DNA of 58,174 bases, the filler included, from Sphacelaria rigidula (taxonomy: Eukaryota): assembly GCA_964200075.2 (NCBI GenBank). It is 9 parts of 9 records of this genome, joined end to end, with 100 filler letters (N's around TTAATTAATTAA, not from the genome) between each part and the next. Parts side by side here need not be neighbours in the genome. Positions count along the whole stretch, not along the records: positions 32,377 to 38,751 come from CAXNAA020020456.1; positions 38,852 to 45,226 come from CAXNAA020020457.1; positions 45,327 to 51,700 come from CAXNAA020020458.1; 6 more parts are not named here. One strand, given 5' to 3'. Of this stretch, positions 35,711 through 47,620 are shown piece after piece (position 1 is the first letter of the stretch; the number at the start of each line of letters is the position of its first letter). The position numbers were made by a program, and so were the translations under genes. The notes under the pieces were generated by a model, which was not told where the DNA came from, ran no database searches, and worked only from the letters and a program-made list of their open reading frames with translations.

Positions 35711-36150
35711 CACGGGATCTTTCAAATTGGGGATGGATCTTCTATTATTGGGCATGAGAACCCGGAGGATTAAAATCTTCGTATCTACACCAAATCTTCG
35801 AAATATGGTTCGATTTCTTCACCTACTGATAGCCATCGACAACTGCTACAAGCCATAAAAATTTGGATTTCGGTCACCGAAATGTTGGGGTTCTGGGTGA
35901 AAACCAATTTTGGGGAATTCCGGGTGTCCGAACGGACGCCAAAATGGCCCCGAAATTCGTTTTTCACCTACGACCCCAACATTTCGGTGATCTAGATCTA
36001 AATTGCTTGGCGTGTGGCAGTTATCAACAGCTATCAGTAGGTGAAGAAATGGAACCGTATTTCGAAGATTCGGTGTGAATATGAAGATTTTATTTCTCTG
36101 GGTTTCTCACCCCCCATAAAAGATCCATCCCCAATTTGTAAGATCCCGTG
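35711..36150. mobile_element. Foldback element / long palindromic MITE
   Basis: CACGGGATCTT.CAAATTGGGGATGGATCTT pairs with AAGATCCATCCCCAATTTG.AAGATCCCGTG; pairing continues inward to GGTGTCCG-AA-CGGACGCC. Confidence 0.8.
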
Positions 36151-36754
36151 TTCATCGCGATTCCAGGTTGTTTTTGGTAAATCTGTCCGTGTTGCAGCGA
36201 GGCGCAATCGCCGAAATATTCACCTGCAAACTCTCCTCCAGTGCTCTGTAAGTTGACATCGCTAGAGGACACTATCATAAGCACCTTGCCGGCTGCCAGA
36301 CGGTCACAGACTCTCAGGACGTAGGATCCACCAGCATTGCTACTGTCTGTACGGGGGTGTTGCCCCCTTGTCAGGTACGTATTGGAGCATGATACTAGAT
36401 AGATGAAGATCACCCTTCCTTGTACATGAGCACCAAACGCTGGGGGTTCTCACTCAAGCTTCGATTTGGATAATCATACTACGTAGACAGAGGCAACTGC
36501 TATGTGTCCAGGTGCCCCTTGGAGCAGGATGCGTTTGGTGTCCGTTTGACGAAGTTATACCCCAAAAATCGAAATCGATAAGGGTTTCGACTGGAAAAAT
36601 CTAGCAAAAAAACTATCGCAAGGATCCGATCGCAAGAATCACGATTATAAAACGGAGTCGCAAAAAACCTCTTCGTCAAATTTTTACTCGCAGCAGAAAC
36701 CGCCTTCACTTTGTGAAAGTGGAATGTATATACGATCCTCGTGCAAGCGCCAAG

Positions 36755-36768
36755 CGTGTGTGTGTGTA

Positions 36769-36808
<40 letters not shown>
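36755..36808. repeat. (GT)n microsatellite
   Basis: Direct reading. Confidence 0.95.
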
Positions 36809-36809
<1 letters not shown>

Positions 36810-37166
36810 AATGAAGGTTGTCACACACGGGGTTGTCACACAAACTGAGGGGGTACAGACGACCTACCATCTCAGTGAAACTCAGAAGTCAGACCACAAA
36901 AGCGAGTGGTGTGGCCGTGTCATGAGTTAATGGGTAAATATTAGCTCTCTGAGAACTTCGAACACAAAATTGCTCAGAACTCAGAACACAAAACAGAGTG
37001 ACATGGCTATGTTACATGAGTCCGAGGGTCAAGGTGAGCTATTTCAAAACTCAGAACTCAAAAGTAAGAGGTACATCTCTGTGTACAGAATTAGTTGTTT
37101 TATACCTCAGAACACATAACTGAGCTCCACATCACTCTTTTTATTCTCTGGTTTATATTCTACATC

Positions 37167-37468
37167 TCACTTGGCCAGAATGCGCACCGCTGATTTATGC
37201 TGTACAACTCACCTGGCCAAGATATGCATTGATGATTTATCTTCTATATCTCACCCGGCCAGAATGTGCACCACTGAGTTACTCTGTATAACTCACTCGA
37301 CCAAGATATTTATCGATGAGTTACAGGCTATAACTCACCTGACCAGATTTCGCATCGCTAAGTTATAGTTTATACTTCACCCGGCCGGAACGTGCACCGC
37401 TGAGTTTTAGTTTATAGCTCACCGGGCCAGATTTTGCATCGCTGAGTTCTGCTGCAAACACTCACTGG
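37167..37468. repeat. 42-bp minisatellite (~7 units)
   Basis: Units begin CTCACYYGRCC and contain TGAKTTA at a 42-bp period. Confidence 0.85.
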
Positions 37469-38405
37469 TGAGTTATGCGAAAAAGAGTTAACTCGTGTTA
37501 ACCTGAGCTGAGTTGTCCAATGTGTGCAGAAATAAATGTCAACTGCCTCCCGATGATATTGACGCTGTGATTTTAGCATGAAATCAAAATACGTTTTGGG
37601 TCTGATTTGATTTCAACCTGGAATTTAAGCAAACAAATCCATGGTCTCCTCCGATCCCCATTGTTGAGTGCGCGAACCCACAAAAAGCAAGCACACCAAC
37701 GAATAGAGCAGGTGAAGAGACCTCAGAGCGAATCGGCAAGATGCCGAGACCGATTGTCGCGGCAACGGCAGAATCCATCCCTCTCGCGTACCTCGATGAG
37801 TCGACGGTGACACCATAATCGAGGGCAACGTCAGCGATATTCACCACAGCCAGTTTGTGCAAGCCGCCAAGAGCTTCACGGTATTTTATGCACTAGGAAT
37901 GTGTCGGACTGACAAATGAGTGGGCGCATTTCATTACAAGTGCACCATTGACTTCAATGATATGTGCCGAGGGTCAACCAATAGCATGAACAACCCCCAC
38001 TTTGGCCGTTCGTGAGCTCTAGGCCTTGATGAACTTGATGGACTGCTCGCGGAGGTTGGTCAAAGATACATGCGAATTGTGTGGGGGATAAAAGAGGATC
38101 ACCGAACTCCAGGGTTATCTAATTCGTCGCCAACACGTAGTCGTATACATCCAATCGAGGTACACGTCTGGTGGGAACTCGACCCCCCTGACCTCTGACG
38201 ACCACGGTCCACGCCATGCCCCAAAACTTCGCGGCGAAGTAAGGCCGACATACTACGTCGATCGCGCCGCCATGAGGCGGACCGGCCTGGTTTTCGTTCG
38301 GTTTCCGAAAATGAAGAATGAAGACAAAAATAAGATGCATACACCAACGCAGAACAAATGGGGCACAAGAGGCGTTCTCGTTTCGTTTCAAGCGGGGATA
38401 CAGTA

Positions 38406-38569
38406 TCAACAAACAATGCTCCTGCTCGTGGCGTCCATGGCATTGAATGATGGACGGAACCCGTGGTCCATCCCCGTGCCACCGCCCGTCGCCAACGAAG
38501 ACAGTCTCGGCGGTACGACTCTGATAGGCACTTCCCAGCGGAGTATGCTCGTCTTCGGAGCCGCAGATC
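38406..38569 (-). CDS. Possible terminal exon (…KTSILRWEVPIRVVPP…), weakly Rgp1-like
   Basis: CCTCAG acceptor after a pyrimidine tract, open to TGA; W.(L/V)PI.V.P resembles the Rgp1 C-terminal strand. Confidence 0.35.
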
Positions 38570-38674
38570 CTGAGGACGGGGGAACATATGCGAAACGCAG
38601 CACAGGAGGAAAAACGAAAATAACTTTTGGTGACATCGGTACCCCGCGTTTAGCTGCTCATGATTTTCCCCCCT

Positions 38675-38751
38675 CAAATGTTGGAGGTGTCTCTATTAGG
38701 AGTAGGAACGGTGCTCCGTCTCGAAAGGGATGCGTGGTCAATGGTCAAATG
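38675..38751 (+). mobile_element. 3' fragment of the APE-RT LINE family
   Basis: AAATGTTGGAGGTGTCTCTATTAGGAGTAGGAACGGTGCTCCGTCTCGAAAGGGATGCGTGGTCAATGGTCAAA. Confidence 0.8.
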
Positions 38752-38851
38752 NNNNNNNNNNNNNNNNNNNNNNNNNNNNNNNNNNNNNNNNNNNNTTAAT
38801 TAATTAANNNNNNNNNNNNNNNNNNNNNNNNNNNNNNNNNNNNNNNNNNNN
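38752..38851. other. Artificial contig spacer
   Basis: N44-TTAATTAATTAA-N44. Confidence 0.99.
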
Positions 38852-39129
38852 ATGATGCATGGTTTGTGCAACACGGGTTGCATTGCAGGTCCTGAGTCAA
38901 ATATTGGCATGCATGTACGAATTTTCGTATGCTGAGTGGGATCTTGGCATGCATGTGTGGAATTTTCGCTCGAATGCTGCTGATGTGCATGGTGTCTGAT
39001 GATCGTCAGGGTGGGGCAGCTAACAAACTACTGCTGAATGATGAATGAAATGAAGCTCGTACTGACTGTAGGAAACGGTGACTACTGCTGATGACGTGAA
39101 AATGAGCTGAAACTACGAAACGCGTAGGC

Positions 39130-39900
39130 TCGTTGTCTGTGGGCAGAGATCACACGAGTTTTCGTGTGTTTGAGGATCAAATAAATTGTGTACGTATGAA
39201 AAATGATCCTTGCCCGTGGCACGTTTTTGGTGATACTATTCAAGGTATTGCGCCAGGTGAGGTTGTTCAATTTGATTTTTGTACGTCGGAAGTAGCGAAC
39301 TTGACGGTACTAACTGCCTGATGGTTTACTGTATGTTTGTTATCCCGAATGATTTGTCGAATTTCGTTTGGTTGAACCGAGACTTGCACTGCCGAGGTTA
39401 CGGCCAAGTATTTGTTGCAATGATGCGAGACTTTGGGGGTGCGGCGTGCGTGGGTTAGTGATACCGTCACGCACTGCAAGAACCAAGAACAAGAATCGCG
39501 CAGCAAAGCGATACGCTGGAGGTGCAACACTCATTTGATGTTGCGTATACCCATTGGTCGAATGGCTTGAAGCAATGGTCATGTTATTGTTTTGGTCGAT
39601 TGAGATGGGTTCGGTGCTGAAGAAAGTACGTAGAATTCTCTTCGGGAGATAATTGTTTCTGCGTCTGCATTTGTTGCGCAGGAATTGCGTAAACTGACGC
39701 TGACTCGGGCGCTGACATGTGAATTAGCGTCGGAGTATGGCATTTCTTTGTGATTTGGAGCATGCGATTTCGCGTTGGTTTTTTGTTGGTTGTCAAGCTT
39801 GTTCGTTTGTCTTGGACTCGCTTTGGAGGTGCTGCAGCATGTAGGATCCTGGATGATGACCCGGGAACAAGGGCATATTGTGGATGATGACCCTTGCTGT
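39130..39900 (+). mobile_element. Degenerate Gypsy integrase core
   Basis: Frameshifted motifs PGEVVQFDF, LGVRRAWVSDTVTHCKN and HSFDVAYTHWSNG correspond to the DDE core (P.E..HFDF, GVP..WVSD.GTHFKN, H.F..AY.PWSNG). Confidence 0.65.
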
Positions 39901-40262
39901 GTGGCCCATGCCTGATGGGGCGGGCCGCAGCTGTTTACTCCATGATAATAACAAGTGAGAAGAAAGGACTTGTTGATCACGAGGCCAGTGCTACTGGAGG
40001 AGTTCCTCGTGGATGGTCCTCTTGTCCAGATCGTCTGGCAGAGGCTATAGCCTGTAGGAATTGCATGAGTTCTGCGGCCGTCTCCGAGCGCCGCATGTCA
40101 GACAAGCCTTGCAATCTGACAGGGTCATGAGATACGCATCCGTGTGAGTGCACTTTCCCACACCACACGAGTTCACAAGCAAAGAAAGTACAGCTGTGCG
40201 CCGCCACAAACAAACAAACATTCTCTAAACGGGCCGAGATAGCATCAATCGTGCCTAAACGT

Positions 40263-41276
40263 TCATCTTCCGTATCCGCGAAAAAATAATACATCATCCA
40301 CCCAAATCTTGCATTTCAAGCCGACAAGCAGTTCTGTCATGATACCTTGAAAATATGCCGTGGCATTCAACACGCCTTGCGGTACTCGCTTCGGGGTAAA
40401 CAAGCCTAACGGGGTCGTGATTGTGAAAATTTCCTGTGCCTCCTCCGCCAACGGCATCTGCCAATACCCTTGGAGGGGATCCAACTTACCAACAAAACGA
40501 GCACTCAACAGATCACGCATGTCCGACTCTTGATTGGGCATCACACCCGGCGACTTCTCAACCTGATCATTTACGGCCTTGTAGTCGCTTACCAGGCAAA
40601 ACGAGACTTTCTTGGGAACCGCCATCGCCGGACTGGACCATACCGCCTGCAGGTTCCGGACTACTAACCCAAGCACCATAAGAGCCGCCATGCACGACCG
40701 CAACCAGCTCGACTTCACCGGATCGTACCGCCGCGGCTTCGCCTTCACCACGTATGCCCCAGGTTTCAGCTGAACACGCATGGGCTCCACGCGCGCAGGG
40801 GGATCATCCCGCAGCGCACGACGAAACGCGTTGACGCAGCGATGCAAGATGTCGCGCAGGCGTTCCGCGTTGGGGACGCTGAGGCCTTTCGCCACAGCAC
40901 CCGTCACGCTCTCCTCCAGCGCGACCTTCCGAGCGGACTCCTCTTCCGCCGGATCCATGAACATATCCGGACCGCGCTCTACTAAGCGTTCCACCGTCGC
41001 ATCCCGCTCCTCGGTCACCTGACCCCCAGCCTCCTGAAAAGCATCCACCGACAAGCTCACGCGACAACTGCCTGAAAAGGCAGGCGTCTCCACGTGCGGA
41101 CCAGGCGGAGACATCCGCGTGTTGATGGAGTCCTTCAACCGCTCATACGGGTCGACTCTTAGATCCTGTAGCGTCGGCAGCCCCAGAAGAACAACGCCAT
41201 CCGACCCTGGCATACTCGCACACGAGATCGGAGGTAACGGCGCTAGCCCCCAAGCAATCTTGAAGGCTAGCTGCAA
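40263..41276 (-). pseudogene. pol: Gypsy pol (reverse transcriptase) fragment
   Basis: ORF with KLDPLQGYWQMPL, TPLGLFTPKRVPQG and KIWVDDVLFF; continues after a frameshift (HDPVRLQGL...ELMQFL). Confidence 0.9.
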
Positions 41277-42442
41277 CGGAACAGTACGCTCCGTGACTGA
41301 AACATGCTGATCTGACGCGGTGACTGCCTGCCGCGCAGCGAGAGAAAAAGGATGCGCAGCGACACACCCGGGAGTTGTCGCTCCAGCATCTCAACCATTT
41401 GCACCGGAAGACTAGTGAAATGGGCGCTAGAATCCAACACAGACCGAACCACAATGGCTCCACGCTGCCCTTGATTTGGAAGACACAACTCCGCCGGAAT
41501 GTATCTGTCGGCAAGCTCCACGGGCACTTCTTCCGCTGACCTATGCACCGCTGATTCCACTCGACGCCACGGCTGCGCAAGCTGTGCAGGCTGCCCAGGC
41601 GAAGACGCCCCGGCAGGTTCAAACGGCACCGCCGGCGGGTACGTCCCCCAGTCAGCAGGCGCCGGACCCAGAGCCAGGTCCATGCTGACGCCGCTGCCCC
41701 TGCTGCTGCTGGTTCTACTGCTGCTGCGGCTGCTGCTGCTGAGGGCTTGCCTGTGACCCTCCATCGCCGGAGGATCGGCCACCGCCACCACGATTACCTC
41801 GTCTTTTCCCCTTGTGCTGACGATGCTGGTGGCGCGCGGCACTAGACTGCCCAGACTCTCCATCGAAGACTTTGGGCAATCGGGCGCGTAATGGCCGACC
41901 TGGCCACAGCGGTGGCAAGTAATAATCGCGGCGCGACCAGCCGATTTCGAGCCATGGTTGCGCAAAGATTTCGACGAAGAGGTGGACGACTGGCCAAACA
42001 CCTCTACTTTCCGCCACTCCTTTGCCTCGGCCACGACGGTGCTCATCCCCAGGTACGGGCCGTCCTTCCAACCTGATTGGTGCTGCAGCTTGACAGGCAT
42101 GGCTTGCTTGAAATGTTCCGGTGCCAACCCCTCCACTAAAGCCTTTGTGATTACTGCTGCCGGGCCGGGAATGAACTCACCATCGGGGGAACGATATACT
42201 AGTTCTACGCCCGGCTTTTCCGAGAAGTACTTCTCCAAATTAGCCAAGATGAGCTCGACACGCTCCAACATCGTTTTCCCCGAGAATCCATTGCGGCAGC
42301 TTTCGCCACGGCCGCGGACGCTTGGATCAGATCTACGTGGCGCCTGCGGCATGTCCAGCATGCTTTTTGATCGCCGCAATTGGTTGCGGCGAAGTGATGG
42401 TGCTCTCGTCATGTTCCAAACGAGCGAATACTCTCTGTACAT
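41267..42442 (-). pseudogene. gag: Gypsy gag / aspartic protease fragment
   Basis: Zinc knuckle and LDSSA in one ORF; frameshift inside the Gly/Arg-rich gag tail. Confidence 0.8.
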
Positions 42443-43212
42443 GAGCCGGCACTTGTTGTGTCACAGTTACCACCTGATGGCGCACGGCACCCCCTGCATT
42501 AGCGTACTCTACACGCCTCTTGTACACTTAGTATTTTGTATAAATAGTGCGAGATGCACTCTCTGAGTACCTCTGTCCCCGTGTTGGGGAGGTCGCAATT
42601 CTTCTCGCATGACCACAGGTGTCACGGTGGACGTACCTCGTGAGCCGGTAGCCATAGCTGTAGCTGTAACCGACTACCTGCGAACCTCTGCAGGCCAGTG
42701 GACCTTCGCGAATTGCACTTTCCTTGCTTCGTCGCCGCACCACACAGTCGTAGGAGCCTTCAAACTCCCGCTGCACGCAGCTTGAGCAAGTCTCCAGTCT
42801 GAATCAATCACAGGCCAGCCGCCTTTCTGCTGCCACCTCAGCTGGAGCCCTCTCCACGCGTCCGTGGTGTATCAGGTTTCCACAACTCCCAGACTCCCAC
42901 CGAAATCCTATTCAGCAGGTATCTAGCACTACACTAGCACTAGCACTAATATCGATATTGTGACTCCAGCCAGTGGAAGCACTATTGAATCCCTGCTGTT
43001 GAGGGGCTCCCCAGTCTCACTGACCTTAGTTTCAGCTGTCAGCCTTTACAATATTCTCATTATTCAGGGGTAACCTTCCAGGGCACCAGCTAGACCCGCA
43101 GATACCATCTCCTTGTCCCCGGTCATTATCCAGAACCCTCCAGAATCTCCGTGCCCTCATTCATATCCATATCATCACCACCAACTCAACGTAACGGCGT
43201 ATTTTCGTCACA

Positions 43213-43800
43213 AGCTCTACGACAAGGAGCGAACGAGCAAGGAGACAAAAACAAAATTGAAACCGTTCCCAGTGTTCAAACTGGGTCAAAAGGTACTCTT
43301 GAACCCCATACCAGGACTCAGAAGGGCCGAACCCGAAACTCCAATTACCGTGGAGAGGACCTTTCATGATAACCGAGAGATGATCGCCGGTTGAGTACAA
43401 AATCAAAATAGGCGACGACTCTGAAGAAATGTCAGTACATCCCGCTCACTTGAAGAAATAGTGTCCGCGGGAAACGCCACCCGCATCAGATGTCTATAAA
43501 TCGAGCGATGTTTTCCTAGACAATCGGATACCTCTACAAAGAGACCAACCAGACGAAAATTTGCCCACAATAAAATGTTACACTGTCGAAAAAGTGGTAG
43601 TCTACGCTCCCGGACCAGGTCGGGGAAGTCTTCATAACCATAAGTATAGGTTAAGACTCAAAAGCTACGGCCCAGCAGCTGACCCAACCTATCGAGTTGA
43701 TAAAACACCACAAGGTAGACACCTCATCGATATATACCGTCATTACAGCGGGTTAGCAAAGCGCTCACATCCGGAGTCGAAATCCGAAAATACTAGGTAA
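43213..43800 (+). mobile_element. Gypsy integrase C-terminus with GPY/F motif and chromodomain-like tail
   Basis: FKLGQKVLL, KLQLPWRGPFMI*..EYKI..VHPAHLK, then YTVEKVV...YRLRLKSYGPAAD...LIDIYR. Confidence 0.7.
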
Positions 43801-44029
43801 CGGAATCGAATGTGACTGTTCAACAGACTGTTCGAGCGTCCTAGCAAAACGCTCAAGGGTTGAGCAGTAGCCCGGGGTCACAATTCGGGTGATCAATGAG
43901 AGTCACAAAAGAAGAAAACAAAAAAACGACGTTAGAACAATGCAGCCATGAACGGGAAAATATATAACATGTCAACGGTGACTGGGATGCAACTTCCCAA
44001 GGAAGATAACCTCTCAGCAATCGGGGCAG

Positions 44030-44900
44030 TGCTGACAAGAAGCAAGAATCATTTCGATGAGGTTTAACTAAAGAGCACACGGCTCGCATGATGAACATCA
44101 TACCCACCGCTTTGTTACTAACACGAGGGCGTTGTCCTATTCCGGTGTCAGCGGAACCGAAGGCATCCCAGGACCCGTACATGAATAACCCACACGCCCG
44201 TGGACCGATCATTGTTCCAGTGCCCAGGCATGTAGAAACAGTAGATTCATCTAGCACCAACGTGCAAAGGCATCTCGTGGAAATAGGTCACATGTGACAC
44301 ACTTTCATGCCACAAAATTATAAGAAGCGAAGAACATGTCGATGTTTCACCAAAGAGCACAATGCTCGCAAGATAAACATCAACCATCGCCTTGGTACTA
44401 ACACGAGGGCTTTGTCCTTTCCCGGTTTCAGTGGAACCGATAGCATCCCAGAACCCGGGCAGGAATACCTCAAGCGCCCGTGGATCGGTCGGTGTCCCAG
44501 TGCCTAGTCATATATACCTGACTGATGCGGCCTGCACCAAAGTAAAAAACCTCCCGTAAAAAATGTGTAAAACATGATGCAGTTATTTGACACAAAAAAA
44601 CGAGAAGCAAGGGTCATTTTGACGTTGTTCAGCCAGAAGAGCACAGTGTTCACAGGTTAATATATACATATATATATCTTCAACACCGCCTTGTTACTAA
44701 CCCGAGAACTTAGCCGTACTCCGGTGTCCGCGGAACCGAAGGCATCTTAGCACCCAGGCAGGAATAACCCAGGCGCCCGTGAACCGATCAATGTCCCAGT
44801 GCCCCGTCATGCATGCTACCCGATGCAACCAGCACCCTAGTGCAAATACATCTGATATATCATATCACATATGACAGCTACATGACAGAGAAAAGCAAAA
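44030..44900. repeat. ~280-300-bp diverged tandem repeat (3 units)
   Basis: CGCYTTGKTACTAACMCGAG..GGAACCGA.GCATC..CCCAGTGCC recurs at ~44108, ~44388 and ~44687. Confidence 0.8.
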
Positions 44901-45226
44901 TTACAGGGTTTGGAATACACGCACTGTTACTGACCACAGGTAGCTAAAATTCACCGGGGATGTTTACTCAATACCACAGTATAGAGAAGGGCTACCTTTG
45001 CGATAGTGGTGGCGTGACTCAATCGATGATTTACACTCAAAGACGCTTCCACGATAATATCATCAGCGAAGCTGATGATCGCCTCGTCCCACCAGCCATA
45101 GTCCCGATGGGCTTCAGGCGCATGAATGGGGGGGGGGGGGGGGGGGGGGGGGCCTCTTTTGGAGGGCAAAAAGGAAAAGGAACACCGACACGATTAAAAA
45201 AAAAAGAAAAGGGGGAGAAAGGGGGG

Positions 45227-45326
45227 NNNNNNNNNNNNNNNNNNNNNNNNNNNNNNNNNNNNNNNNNNNNTTAATTAATTAANNNNNNNNNNNNNNNNNN
45301 NNNNNNNNNNNNNNNNNNNNNNNNNN
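45227..45326. other. Artificial contig spacer
   Basis: N44-TTAATTAATTAA-N44. Confidence 0.99.
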
Positions 45327-45776
45327 CGAGTAACATGTTTTGTTCCCGTTTGTTTTTCGAGGCCCGGGTACCAAGAGCCCTCCCCGACTGATGTGCGTGA
45401 AGACGGTCTGAGTGGCGTATTGTGCTGTTTTCGCGTTTCTGGCCATTTTTCGTAGCTTTCTTGAGCAGAAAACGAGAAGGTATACCGTATCTGGGACATT
45501 GTCATTTTGAGTTCGGTGCAGCGGTTTGCAGAGTGCTGCGGCCTCTGCGGCACGCGTTGCGGAATTCCGTTGCCACACTGACTAGTTCTGGTGTGTGGGA
45601 AGCGCACGCATCAAACCGCAGTCCAATCCTCTGCTTCGTTGCCGAGAATACTGCGTTGAAAGATAGGCACAGCAACATACTGCAACAGGAGGGGCACAAA
45701 AACACGAGCAGCAGCTTCTATCCTCCTGTTGTTGTAACCCTGTGTACAGGTGTGCAGCAATGTCCGTCAAAGGTTT

Positions 45777-46032
45777 CAAGGGTCGGACAAATAATGATTC
45801 ATCTGAAAATTACTTGGTTTTAGTATGATGAGTCGACTCGTGACGAATCGATCCCTAGGCTTTATTGCTGCGTTGCAGCTCAGGTACACGCAGCCCAGAC
45901 TCGTGGAATGGCGCAAAAGTTACGTGGACGCCCCTTTGACCAGCGATCAATTTTTTTCTCCCTTTCGGGCAGTCAGGCCGAAGAAATCGTGAATTCGGTG
46001 ATATTGAGTCGTGATGATTTGTCCTAACCATG
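45777..46032 (+). mobile_element. hAT-like MITE
   Basis: TIRs CAAGGGTCGGACAAAT / ATTTGTCCTAACCATG; perfect 8-bp TSD AAAGGTTT. Confidence 0.9.
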
Positions 46033-47620
46033 AAAGGTTTGCTGTATAATGCACTAGTGTATAGTAATACGAGTAGTACATTTTGTATGAGCATCATCGT
46101 CATTTCGAGTGACACGTATACTTGTGATTGGTTCTGATTGGCTCACTTAGGTTTTATTTTTTCCGCAGTCAACTCTATCTGTAGTTGGTCGGTCCATTTT
46201 CTCGGTATATAGTGCCCAAAATCGGGCCCCATTCACGGGCATAATAGTCCAGTATGACTGAATAACGATGTTACGGTCTTCCATGCAAGAAGACAGAAAA
46301 TGTGAAGTATCATTGAATGAAGCCCCTACGCCGCCCACGAGGGTAGACAGTCCGAACACGATAGTACCAGCCGGATTTATAAACCTCGCGCAGCACAAAG
46401 TACAGCTGTGCAACGTTCAGGCATGATAAACCTGCAGTATAGAGGTGGCGTCGTGGAAACGTATAGCACAAAGCGCAGGATGAGATGTGCCGATAAACCA
46501 TAGCCAAAGTGACGGCACCCGCCTACGGTGCACCAGGGGTTTGTATGACGGCGAGGCACATGGCATCCATATCGCCGTTATGGAATGATCAAACCACAGT
46601 ATGGTGTCGTATAAACGCGCACGACAGAATACAGTAGCGTACATGGCGTGAGTTGAAACTTGACAGAAGCTGAATTAATCATGATCGCACGCAGTACAGA
46701 GGAGAGCGTGAACTATCCCCACAGGGTCTCAAGGTGACCGTCTCCGAATACAGGCAGTATACGCGGGCATAGCTGAGGTAAATGTGCCGTCGGCGTCGCG
46801 TTGGTCATCGCAACTTAAGCGCAGGCTTGCTATGATGCGGAACAAAGCATCAATTGAAAGGGGAGGGGCGTGCAGGTGCAGCGTGAAGATTGCTTCACGG
46901 AGGCTTGCCATGCCCTCTCGCCGGGGTTGGAAAATACCGACGGGTCGAACAATTCGTCATAACCGTAAGACAGGGAGCCTTCTTTTCTTCCACGTTCCAT
47001 TCGCACGGGTCTGAGAAACACGCTTTGGGCAAATAGTTTGCTTACAGGCTGTAGAAAACAATCAGTTTTTCGATTTTCTGCCAGAAAAAACGTCAAATGT
47101 AAATCGTCAATTTTTCATCGAGGGTTCCAAAAGGGTTGACGGCTGGATGCGTGGCACATCAGTGAACGACAATCAATCAATGGATATACTATCAATCATT
47201 TGGTGAAAAAAAACGACGGCATACCCGCAGTTGCGAACTCTTTTCCGACCCGACTTTTTTATGTACTATGCCATTTTCCATTTGCCGCAGGCACGGAACA
47301 TGTCGGGCGAGATGTGAGCGCCACACCTTCTTTTTCGCCCGCGCCGCGACCAGGGATAGCGGTCGTCGACAGAGATGCAATAGAACAGTAATGCGTTTGG
47401 GAGAAGAACCGTCTGTACCCCACTCCAATAACGCGCGAACGTTCAGGAGTTGGTGCTGTATGGATCGTGCTTCTAGCTGCACAGGGCAAAACAGTACAAC
47501 AGACAGTTTCAGTACCGTGCGTGGAGCATTGTACACTAAAGAGGGACATGCCTCCATATCATATTTCAAACTCGCTGTGTCGATATCGTCGGCAACGTGA
47601 GGCCAACCCAGTTGCTTAGA

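Larger units (their letters stand above)
40030..43212 (-). mobile_element. Ty3/Gypsy LTR retrotransposon, 3'-truncated and frameshifted (candidate LTR, PBS, gag, protease, RT)
   Basis: CCHC knuckle CHRCGQVGHYAPDC, protease VLDSSA, RT motifs DYKAVN, LD..QGYWQ, PQGVLNA and WVDD; stops before RNase H; TG..CA segment 43114-43212 and PBS-like TGGTATCTGCG at 43107. Confidence 0.9.

Noticed and set aside
37167..37468. CRISPR array or repeat-protein CDS
   Set aside because: No unique spacers and no long open frame.
39130..43800. One plus-strand Gypsy integrase split by the minus-strand element
   Set aside because: The left fragment seems to carry its own degenerate C-terminal region, and no 3' LTR or TSD is visible, so a single host element is not supported.
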